Shown here: positions 19,591 to 35,628 of the stretch, piece after piece | Position numbering within the stretch: the first letter of the stretch is position 1 | Layout of the letters: every line of letters starts with the position of its first letter | Origin: the human T2T-CHM13v2.0 reference genome, Homo sapiens | Assembly: GCF_009914755.1 (NCBI RefSeq) | Contig: NC_060930.1 | DNA: 64,000 nucleotides | Direction: 5' to 3' (one strand) | The notes under the pieces: generated by a model | Databases searched by the model: none | Told to the model about the DNA's origin: nothing | Seen by the model: only the letters and a program-made list of their open reading frames with translations | Program-made: the position numbers and the translations under genes

Positions 19591-21182
19591 ATACTATGGT
19601 AACGCTGCAGTATTGAGATCAGGCTGACAGGGAGCTGAGTGGCAACTGATCAGATGGGGAATCCTAGAAGAGCAAGTTGAAGGAGTAATACAGTGATGAC
19701 ACATGTGGTCCATTGTGCAATTTTTTGCTTTGGCTTGCCTCAAAGCTTGGGATCCCAGATTTGTTAGGGTCTCTTTGGGCTTCTTAGGAACCAGGAGGGA
19801 GGAAAATAAAGATCAGAATATTCTTTCAAAACCATTTCCTCCCTCCCCACCCTAACATTCCTATGAAGAGAACTTGTGATACTGCTTATCTTAACAGAAA
19901 TCCAATCAAACTAGCTTAAGGACACAGAACTTTCTCACAGGCCTGGAGAAAGGATGTGATCAAGGCCACAAGCCCTCATCTCTTCTGCTTCCAAGGTATC
20001 CCTGTTTCTTTTCATTCTGCAAACCTACTTTCTCCTTTTTATGATGTACATGATAAAAAATTGTTGACCCAGACAGCACTGCATGATTTCCTGGCTTAAA
20101 TACAGCAGACTAGAGGTGCCCTATTCTCCAACCCAAATTCCTGGAAGAGGGAATTTATTGGCTCAGCTCCTATCACATACCTGCCCCTGATACTCTCAAT
20201 CAAATGTACGTATATATGGGATGGGGGGATTAAACAGATTGAGTAGTGCAGACACATAATTTCAAACAATTTGTAGAAGAAAAAAACCAAATGGCTAACA
20301 AACACTTGAAAAGATACTCGTCTTCACTAATATTCAAAGAAATGCAAATTAGTACAACAATGTGAGGTACTAATTTTTTTTTTGGACTGTCAGATTGGCA
20401 ACAATGAAAAATAAAGGTAACTGAAGGAAACTTGCTAAGAGAGGAAGGTGATATGATTTTTCTGGTGTCCTATTGGGCATTATGTTTTAATATTTTAAAT
20501 GTGCATAAGCTTTAACCCAGTTATTTTACTTACACAAATTTATCCTAAGGAAATAATCAGAACATGCATAGGCATATATCTACATATATGTTTATTGCAG
20601 TATTTCAGTATTTAAGAAAAACTTAGAACATCCTATATGCCCTTCAGCGGAGGGCAGAGATTATGGTACAAAAGAATGCTGAGAGACCATTATAAAAATT
20701 ATAAAGAATGAGATGGATCGGTATGTAAAATGTATATGACAAATTGTAGAGAAAAAAAAAAAGCCAGGCATGGTGATTCATGCCTGCAATCCCAGCACTT
20801 TGGGAGACAGAGGCAAGTGGATCACGTAAGGTCAGGAGTTTAAGACCAGCCTGGGTAACATGGTAAAACCCTGTCTCTACTAAAAATACAAAAATTAGCC
20901 AGGCATGGTGGCACACACCTGTAGTCCCAGCTACTTGGGAGGCTGAGGCACGAGAATCATTTGAACCCAAGAGGCAGAGGTTGCAGTGAGCCAAGGTCAT
21001 GCTACTGCACTCCAGCCTGAGTGACAGAGCAAGACTCTATCTCAGAAAAATAAAAAAAGCAAGGCACAGAAAAGAGTGGATAATATGACCCCATTTTTGT
21101 TAACATATAGAGTATGTATTATGTACTATACATAGTATATTCGGGGTACATACATATATGTATACACACACATATATATATT

Positions 21183-21185
<3 letters not shown>

Positions 21186-21213
<28 letters not shown>
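21186..21213. repeat. (TG)n microsatellite, about 14 units
   Basis: Visible directly in the sequence. Confidence 0.95.
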
Positions 21214-21218
<5 letters not shown>

Positions 21219-21241
21219 GTATCTGAAAGAATACATATTAG

Positions 21242-21345
21242 ATCCTTTTGTAGTTCATGAGCAAGATGATTGGGTGATCATGCACATGTGTGAGATGGGC
21301 CATCCTCAAACCTTGTTACAACATTGGCATATTACCCATCTGATA
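21242..21345 (+). pseudogene. U13 (SNORD13) snoRNA retrocopy
   Basis: ATCCTTTTGTAGTTCATGAGC...GATGATTGGGTG...GTGTGAGATG...AACCTTGTTAC...ATTACCCATCTGA is colinear with full-length U13. Short A tail. Box C is mutated (AGATGA) and box D CTGA is intact. Confidence 0.92.
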
Positions 21346-21721
21346 TGAAAAAACATATGAAACTAATAATTGTGGCCTCTGGGAATGGAATTATGGGAAG
21401 TTTTCACTTTCCACTTTATCCCTTTTCATATTGTTGAATTTTTTTTAAGCATGAATTACTTTTATAATCAGAAGAAAAAGCAGTGAGATATTCAATTTTG
21501 GGAGGAAAAAAGAGTACAGATTTCATATGTGAAAGGAAAATACCTACTATTTTAAAATTAAAGAAGGAAAACAAAAAATCCAATATTTTCCCAGTAACAA
21601 TCAGGCATAGCAGGTGGCAATAAAGTCTGCCCCTGCCCAGGGCCTGGGGTTGTTAGGAGGAGCTCTCTAGGTTAGACAAGAGAAAAGTCAGAGGAGCACC
21701 ACAGAGTATATAGCACTATCC

Positions 21722-22638
<917 letters not shown>

Positions 22639-23559
22639 GATGCCCAGATTTTTAAAAGGAACTTGAGTAGGTTGAGAAATTAAGATCCTCACCAGGATAA
22701 TTGTTACTTTTCTAAGTGTTTCCCTTTGGATCCTTCCTTTCTTCATAGGAACATACTAAACGTTCAATGCCACAATGGATTTCAATGGGGAAAAACTAAT
22801 CTTGCTTTGTAGACAACTTTACAGGAATGCCTCAGTTTCATACACTGCAGGATAGTTGTATTAATTTGGCATAGATAGAAATTTCAATTAACATAGTCTT
22901 TTTTCTTTATTTGCAGCAGTTCACCAACAATGCATTTTAGAGCATTGCTCACCCTCAGCATTAGAACTGAGTGAATCTTCTGTTGAAATGGAGGCATCTA
23001 TTCACCACATTACTTTTTCAAGCCTCTAACACCTTAACAGGCAAACCTCAGAGGAAGGTCTGCTTTCCTCTTCCTTTAGAAATCCCCCCTAAGCAAGAAA
23101 CATTTGCTGAATGCCTAGCTGGGGACTTCAACATTGTTAGCACATGTGAGCAGCCTTCCAAAACTGTTTACAGTAATGGTAACGTTGGTAATAATACACC
23201 ATTGGACTTACTGCAAAGACAATTTTTTCAATGTTTGTTCATATAAAACCTGCCAAATTGTTGATATTAGAGTTGGTCATTCCTTACATTATGAGATTCC
23301 TAAAATGAAAATAGCAGTAATAGATCCTGAGAGCTGTGAGGTCATTTTGTTCAGTTTACATATTAAGGACATGAGTCTTTGGAAGATTAGGAAAGTTGTC
23401 TATAGTTTCATGACTACGAAATGGCAGATTTTTTTTTTCCAAACCCCATGCATTTTTTTTTAATCACAACCGTGCATGCCTCTCTCAGCCCCATATCTGC
23501 CCCAGAGATGTCAAACATTCCCTCCTCCCTACCCATATACTGCCTTGGAGACTCTACCC

Positions 23560-24090
23560 CGCTCCTAACTTGGAAGAGAGAGTACTACCTGCCATGTGAC
23601 TGTGCCCCATCAGTCTCAGTTACTGACCCAGGAGTAGACATCTGACTCAAACTGGGTTGATCGAATTCTCTCCCAGGAATTTGGAATAGGGACAAAGAGG
23701 CTGAGTCATTTAGCTGTGTGGAGCCAAGCTGCAAGGTCATGCCCAGCTGGCCTGCCACAGCAGGCCAAAACCTCATGCTAGCCACAGTGAAGGGAAGCTG
23801 AGAAACCATGAGTCAGCAGAAAAAGCTCATCTGCAAACAAAAGAGCACAAAGATGGGGCCGACTGATACTCAGAGTCAAATAGAGAGGCCATGTACCTCA
23901 AAAGGCAGAGGAGAGAGAGAGAGAGAAATAAAATCTGCATAATCCCCTTCTTGGCCCTATAATGCCCAGCAGCTGTATCTCCAGCGCTGGCTTACTGTGA
24001 CCCCCATAATAACCTCTGCCTTTCAATCAACCCTCTTTTTATTTGAGTTAGTGGAATTCTGTTCCTTGCATGCAAATTCTTCCTAAGACA
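23560..24090 (+). mobile_element. ERVL solo LTR (LTR16-like)
   Basis: GACCCAGGAGTAGACATCTGACTCAAACTGGG...TTCTCTCCCAGGAATTTGGAA and terminal TTCTGTTCCTTGCA. Confidence 0.6.
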
Positions 24091-24839
24091 CTTCACAATT
24101 CATATTGAATATATTTTGGGGTAGAAAGACTGTTCTGCTCTTTATGACGATTATGGAAATTGAGGTTTTATCTCAAAACCCACAACAGGCTGAGCAGCTT
24201 TCGGCATTCTCGCCACTAATTATCCAGACTCCGGAGACTGAGCTTTCAAGGTGAGTGGTTTTCAGAACTGCAAATGGGAGCCAGCCCCATTCTGGGTCTC
24301 TTTCCCCAAGGATATCTTAGAGATATTCAGTTCAGGAAGAGAGGTCTTATTGTAGTATGTAGTTGCCATCTTGGGAACATATGTCAGGACTTCCTAAAGT
24401 CTTTCTGCTTAAAGTTTCCAAGAAAGTATGGAGCCTGATTTCTCATAAAGCCACTTTTCCTTTAAAGGTACTTGCGGAATCTCTATAGGCCCAAGGTTGA
24501 CATGACCATATCCGTGAAAAGCTCAGGTACTATTTCTGTGCTAATCTCTTTAGAATAACAGAAAGAATTTATTTTAAAAATTCTACTTATCTTTCTCAAA
24601 TTATTAGAGCTAATCCTAGTATAAAATAATGGAGAAATAGTTGAGTAAATTAGAGTGCATCAGCTGGTGGAATACTATGCAGATGTTAAAAGGGATAATT
24701 AACAGGATTAAACAACATGAAAAGACGTTTTTGATTCAATGAATGAGGAAAAAGGTAGAATACGAAATTGTAAGTATCAACCTTATAAGTATCAACCATG
24801 TGAAAATGGGTTTACATAAGGACATTTTTCTTGGTGGTC

Positions 24840-25143
24840 TTTTTTTTTTTTTTTTGAGACAGAGTTTCGCTCTTGTTGCCCAGGCTGGAGTCTGGAGTGC
24901 AATGGCGTGATCTCCGCTCACCACAACCTCCACCTCCTGGGTTCAAGCGATTCTCCTGCTTCAGCCTCCTGAGTAGCTGGGATTACAGGCATGCGCCATC
25001 ACACCCAGCTAATTTTGTATTTTTAGTAGAGACGGGGTTTCTCCATTTTGTCAGGCTGGTCTCAAACTCCCGACCTCAGGTGATCTGCCCGCCTCGGCGT
25101 CCCAAAATGCTGGGATTACAGACGTAAGCCACCACACCCAGCC
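24840..25143 (-). mobile_element. AluSp-like element
   Basis: GAGTTTCGCTCTTGTTG and CTCCCGACCTCAGG diagnostics. TSD CTTGGT(G/A)GTCTTT. Confidence 0.93.
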
Positions 25144-25879
25144 TCTTGGTAGTCTTTAACAAGGTAACTGAGGTTGCCACAACCATAGATCTTGGTACGT
25201 AAGATAAAATCTATTGAGCATTTCTGCCTTAGAGGATTTTGGCTAAGGTAATGTCACTGTCCTAGTTCAGTTCCAGAATTTGTTCCTATATTGTCCAGAT
25301 TCTGTGCCTTTTGCTGATCTACTTCTGTGCTGGTCCATAGCACTCTCAACTGATGGGACCCACTGATTATAGAGTTCTCAGTCTCTCTGTCTGCAGTTAC
25401 TTAAACTCTGGTATGGAGATCTTTTGCTTTGCACCACACAAATGTTAAGAACTACATTTAAATTGCTTTCATTTTTTTTCTGCCTACTCTTTTCCAAATC
25501 TGTGTCAAGGTGGAGATATGACTGTCCTCCAGTGTGCTAATAATGTCTGCAAAGCTTCTGGGAATACCTGCCAAAGCCAAGGTGTGAGGGAGAGACCTTG
25601 AATCTCTCCTTGCATTTGGTGGGAAAAAAACAATTTATAGATTGAGTGCCTCCTGCAAGACTTTTTTTTGTTACAGAAAAATCCTTTTATGGCTGTTTTC
25701 TGTTCCAATCATGAACAGAAGTCTCCTTGCAAACAGAGGCCTCCTGCTGCTTTTCAAGGGTTTGGTGGCCTAATCATTTTGTGCCTGCCCTAGCAGACAC
25801 TTTTTATGTTTGTGGCTTCTTATCATCTCTTAAAAGCCCTTCCAATATCAAGGGAATTTCTATATTTTGAGTTCTGTTT

Positions 25880-27970
<2,091 letters not shown>

Positions 27971-28365
27971 TAATGACAAATCCTAAATTTTACTGGCTCT
28001 TGTTTCAACCTACATAATGCAGGTTTTCCAGCCTCACCCGATGTCTCTCCCAGAATCCCCAAGGATGATCTCATATGTGCTCACAAACAGTTCTCTCATA
28101 TTCCTCTGTTTTGCCTCCTATGTTGTTGGCTATGGCCCAAGAAGCCATTTGCAGGTCCATACCTATGTCAGTGCCAAGCATGACAAGACTGTTGTCCACG
28201 ATAAATGTGTGCTGCCTCCTAATGCTTTCACTCCATGTCACCCCTCGACCCAGCACCACAATGTAGGCCCATTTGCCTTACAGATGTCTCTCATAAAAAT
28301 GCTTCCTTTAACAACTGTATGAAGCCCTTTTGTCTCTGGGGCTCAGAGGTGTGTACTGGGAATGA

Positions 28366-28849
<484 letters not shown>

Positions 28850-29122
28850 GTTTTTTGTTTCTTTATTATTTTTCCAAATCACAGGCTTCTCTCTCCTCTC
28901 CCCTCGTGCAAATCAAGTCACACAAATTGACATCTGCAAATAGATATCACTGGCTGTACCTAGTCATCATTCAAGCCAGTCAGAACAGTTTAGGATCAAG
29001 CTGGTGGACTTCTGAAGCATTATTTTTATTTTTCAATGTTTCACAGTTGTTGTTATAATGGTATTTTTCAACAACTAGAAAAGTATGGCCTAAAACAGTC
29101 AACTTGTCCTATAAAATTTATG

Positions 29123-29182
29123 CTGACACAGTGTGCCTTTGCCAGAATACTTTCTTACACGTCTTCTTCTCCTACACCCCAG
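29123..29182 (+). repeat. 60-bp dispersed direct repeat, copy 1
   Basis: 56/60 identical to 30257-30316. Confidence 0.95.
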
Positions 29183-30256
29183 TGTATTTGTCTGTTAACA
29201 GAATACAGGAACTTCTTTGGCACGTAGATTCTGAATGTCAGCACAAGCACTGAGTCTTAGGAAAATGGAACAATTTAGGGAATTTCTCAGCAGTACCACT
29301 GCCAGCTTTCTCCGGGCACTTGTACCAGTGTTTATTTTAATGACTTCAATCAGGATATGTTCCTCACCTTAATGCAGAAGCTCAAGATTTTAGAGATCAG
29401 CAGAGGATTCAATGTATTTTAGTCTTGCTTTGCAGAAATTATTGGGTGGAGTTTTTCTGTGAGGAAATGGAGCAGTAAAAATCCCTTCTTGCCACCACTT
29501 TCCACCCCAGCTTTGTCATTTGGCATCTGTCCACCTGAATTTATTTTAACAGTTCCAGCTTATGGTTCATAAAAGATCATAAACCAATATTATGTCCACA
29601 GATTGAGTTCTGCATATAGCATTTAAACATCTCTTCTCTAGAAAAATTACAAAAAATGCCTTAGAGTTCTGTAGGTACAAGATTTTCATTGTTTTTTTGT
29701 TTTTTTTTGTTTTGTTTTGTTTTGTTTTTTGATTCAGTTTTATGATGTCTTTTGGAAACATGGTTTGCCCCTTGTATAGTGAACCCTTGTACATTTTTCA
29801 AAAGTCATCAAAGGACAAAGAAAGGAAAAACTGGTGAATGTGACAGAGGCACCCAGCAATGTTCTGAGGGACAGATTTCACAAGCTGCCCAAGTGGCCCA
29901 AAAGAATTTACAGGGAAGGCAGGTAAGCCCTTTAAGTTTGATTTCAAGTTGAAGATGCATTCTGGGGAGCTTTGACCGTGGAAAAGGTATCTGAGGGTCT
30001 CAGTTTACTCTTCGTATCTGTAGCTGAACCTTAGATGAGAAAAGAGACAAATCTTGAGGATGTGGTAGGCAGGCAAGCTACATGAGGAGGAATAGCAGGA
30101 GATGTGGAGGAGAAACGTGACTCAGGATGTACTTGGAAGATAGATGGCTTTCAGGGAGATGGTTCCTTCATCAATGCCTGTTTCCATCACTGTCATGCAG
30201 TGTCTACCCTCTCTTATATTTTCTCACAACCAGTTTTACAAAACATCCAGAGGGAA

Positions 30257-30316
30257 CTGACACAGCGTGTCTTTGCCAGAATACCTTCTTACACGTCTTC
30301 TTCCCCTACACCCCAG
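30257..30316 (+). repeat. 60-bp dispersed direct repeat, copy 2
   Basis: 56/60 identical to 29123-29182. All four differences are C/T. Confidence 0.95.
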
Positions 30317-31467
30317 AGTTTCATATACATAAAAACATGGAACTAAGCACCATGTTTTTATGTATATGAAATCGATTGTCAGATCATTTAGCAGTGGTTA
30401 TATTGAAAGTGGAGAGTGAAAAAAAGAGGTAGTGAGGGAAAAAGATATTGAATCTATCCAATCATCTTTGTAGGATATAAGAAGTCTCATGGTACAGGTA
30501 TAGTCAATGTGAAACCTTAACAATGCATTAATTATAAAGCTCAAGCAGTTCTGAGATAAGATGATTTTGGTTTATGGGGATACAATAAATTTGAGTCTGC
30601 AGCATATGAAAGAATTTTCCCAGATATTGCGCTTTCTTTTTCATTTTTCTCATTTTAATCAATAGAATGTAAGGATAAAGTACAACATGTATGGAAAGAA
30701 TAAAACTTTCCTGCGTCCTCCTGACTATAAAAAGGTGAGTGAATCATCTGCTTAAACACCAACCCAGTCATTTTATCTCCTGTGTCCTTGAATGAGAAGC
30801 TGGGCTGGGCACCCCTCCAGCTGGTAAGAGGATCTTTGAGTCGCATGATAGAAGGGAGAAGTCTGAACCTGCAGCTCTCTCTTTCTCTTCCCTCTGGTTT
30901 CTGGCAGGCTTTCTGCGCAGAGACCATCCTCTGTCATGATTGTGCACACACATTTCCAGTGCAGGTCCCCTTTGCCCCATTACTGTTCTGATCAGAACCC
31001 TGAGCCTGTGTGGAGATGCCTGTAAGGACAGGCAGGTCTGGCTCATTACAAAGAAACAGGATCTTTAGGCTTCCTGGGAATGGTTCACACAGTTGGGTGG
31101 GCTCTGAGATCAAGGTGTCTGCATGATTCCTGGAAAGAGATGCAGAGTAGGCATCCCTAACCTGGGCCAGGTGCCTCAAATCATAAGATTTTAGGACAGG
31201 AATTGTGTGCTCTGGTTCTTGAGAAGAACCAGAAGAGTGAGAAAGGATGCAGTGATGCACACCAACACCTCCACAAGGGAAACACGTGAATGTGCCTGTC
31301 CTTAGGACAGGGCTTAGCCGGGCCCCCCGCGCAAAAGAAGTTCAGCAGCATGGGTAGTGGAAATCAGACAAGCAGCCCTGCCCTGCATGACAGACAGCCC
31401 AGGCTCTCCATCAGAAGCTGCAAAAGTCCTAATCACTTTCCCCACAAAGTGGACATGGAAGTCCTTC

Positions 31468-32124
31468 TTTTTTTTTTTTTTTTTTTTACTTTTTCTTTTT
31501 CAAATTATTCTTTCTTTTTTGAGACAGGGTCACACTCTGTGGCCCAGGCTGGAGTGCAGTGGTGCAATCATGGCTTACTGTAGCCTTGACCTCCTGGACT
31601 CAGGTGATCCTCCTACCTCAGCCTCCTGAGTGGCTGGGACTACAGGTGTGCATCACCATGCCCAGCTTTTTTTTTTGTATTTTTTAGTAGAAATGAGGTT
31701 TCACCATGTTGCCCAGGCTGGTGTCAAACTTATGGGCTCAAGTAATCCACCCACCTCATCCTCCCAAACTACTGCTGGGATTACAGGTGTGAGCCACCTT
31801 GCATTTTCTTTTTTGCCTTTTTTTTTTTTTTTTTTTTTTTGAGATAGGGTCTCACTCTGTCGCCCAGGCTACAGTGCAGTAGCATGATTTCAGCTCACTG
31901 CAGCCTCAGCCTCCTGGGTCTAAGTGATCCTCCCACCTCAGCAGCCTGGTATCTAGGACCATAGGTGTGTGTCACCATGCCCGGCTAATTTTTTTTATTT
32001 TTTTGTAATGACAGGGATCTCCTTGTGTTGCCCAGGTTGGTCTCACACTCCTCAGCTCAAGCGATCATCTCACTTTGGCCTCCCAAAGTGCTAGGATTCA
32101 GGGATGAGCCCACTGCACCTGGCC
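31468..32124 (-). mobile_element. Two tandem AluJ elements
   Basis: Reverse-strand Alu dimers bracketed by GAAGTCCTT at 31459 and 32125. Confidence 0.9.
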
Positions 32125-33097
32125 GAAGTCCTTTCTACTTCAGATTTCCATCATGGGTAACTGTGAAATCAGAAAGGAATTGAAATGAAGAAAACTCTGT
32201 GGCTTCCTTGGTGAAGTAAACCAGTTTGGGCTAGAGAGAGGTGAGCAGCCAATGTTACAGTAGGAACAATACTTCCTGTATCCTCTTCTGAATCATTGCG
32301 TAATAGGTTTCTGACATGTAGAAAGCCCTGAAGAAACATAGCAGGGAAGGAAGTGAATGAGCCAACTGCATTGGCTCAGTGCCCGCGGAACACCCTACTT
32401 CAAGGATAAAATTGCACCTCTGCTGCCAACAGTTCAGGCAAGGGAACCTAGACAAATAATGCTTGGAATTCAACAGAAGAACAAGCCAAAAGAGGTCTAG
32501 GCATTTTAAAAAATGACTTCTAAGATTGCTCTTTTGCTTGGCTTGTTTGCGTGCTTGCTTTAGTTCAGGTGATGAGAATAGAGAGTAAATAACCCACCTC
32601 CTTATTCTAAGTAGCATCTGTTTAAATGACACAGAGGGATGTCATCCAGGTAAAAGGGTGTGGAGCCCTGCTACCTCATACTTCCCTCCTGGCTAAATGA
32701 AAAGCCAAGGGCTGCTATAAAAAGTAATTTGTGTCCAACTCTTTGGGGAGGGAAGTATTCTCATACTGAAAATGTCATACTCCAAATTTTAACCTAGTGC
32801 TCTTTCCTGCTCTTGCTCATAAAGTGATTCACATGACTTTTAGTAGCTTTAGCTTCTTCAGAATGGAGGAACAAGCAACCAGTGATCACCTGATGGAATT
32901 ACACAACATGGTTTATTTTGGAGAAAACAGAAGTCAGAGTGAGGATCATTTATTTCATCAGCTTCATAATCACAAAAGTTACCCAGGCTAAAAATGATCT
33001 TTAGTCACTCTGCCTTTTATGCATCCCCCTCTGGCTTCCAAAGTCTCATACTTAATTTTTTTTTTTTTTTGAAAGCTACTTTTAACTTAAAAATTCA

Positions 33098-34095
<998 letters not shown>

Positions 34096-34747
34096 TTATT
34101 CAATAATAGAAATAGGATAGCACAAGGAGTTGAGGGGGTCTCCTGAATCAGTCAAAATATGGGAGTGAGAGGGAAATGGAAGACCCTCTTACCCCAGTGT
34201 TTTGGCTGTAATCAAGAAACCAGCATGAATCCAAATTTAATCAGTCTGGTTGTACATTACAACCAGACTGAGGTAATGATGAACACTAGTGTGGTGGTTT
34301 GACAAAGGAGACCAAAGATCAAGAATTTCAGGATCTGACAGGAGGACACTTGATCTGGCAAGATAGCTAATACTTAGGAGCTTACTGTGTGGGCACTGCT
34401 CTAATCACTTTACACATGGCAACTTATTTAACCTTCACAACAATGCAGTCAGGCATTTACCATTATTGTTGCCATTTTGCAGATAAGAAAACCCAGGCAC
34501 AAACTGGTGCTTTCGTTAGACACAGAGATGCACTGTCCAGATCCTCACTGTTTAGATCCTCCTTCACAGGCTTTATAACCAGTTTCCTCAACGAGAGTGA
34601 CCACTGTCCCAGTTTACTCAGTCATCTCCCGATTTTAGCATTCCTTGCCCCAGTAAACCCTCAGTTGCATACAAACCAGGATGGTTGATTGCTTCAGCCC
34701 AATCCTGCTTCCTTCCCCTGCCTTCCACAGGTGTTGATCCCTAATAA

Positions 34748-35407
<660 letters not shown>

Positions 35408-35628
35408 CCCAGACTGTGTGTTCTTAATCTCAAAGCCTCACTCTCCCTTTACATAAGTGTTCTGGGCACTGGAAAGGGGTAATCAACAGAAGTCCAGACA
35501 GGTTCTCCAGGCTCTGTATAGCCCAGATGAAATATTCCCAATAGTGATGAAAGTAGCTCACGTTTACTCAGTGTGCTAGGAGATGAGCTAAGTGCTTTGC
35601 GTGTGAAGGAGGTTCTATCAATATTCTT

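Larger units (their letters stand above)
20260..21480 (+). mobile_element. Old L1M(E) 3' region, interrupted by an AluS (20762-21058), a (TG)n tract and the U13 retrocopy
   Basis: AAATGGCTAACAAACAC...AAATGCAAATT...ACAACAATG is a decayed ORF2 end. TGTTTATTGCAGTA also matches. Confidence 0.68.

Noticed and set aside
20104-20125. CTCF-like GACTAGAGGTGCCC
   Set aside because: It mismatches core positions and cannot be supported without a PWM score or ChIP data.
31459-32133. GAAGTCCTT target motif identical to the start of the AluYa5 TSD at 8045
   Set aside because: A 9-bp match between unrelated insertion sites 23 kb apart, with no further homology, is compatible with chance.
32710-32730. TATA-like CTATAAAAAG (also at about 30725)
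   Set aside because: An isolated motif in AT-rich DNA with no other promoter evidence.
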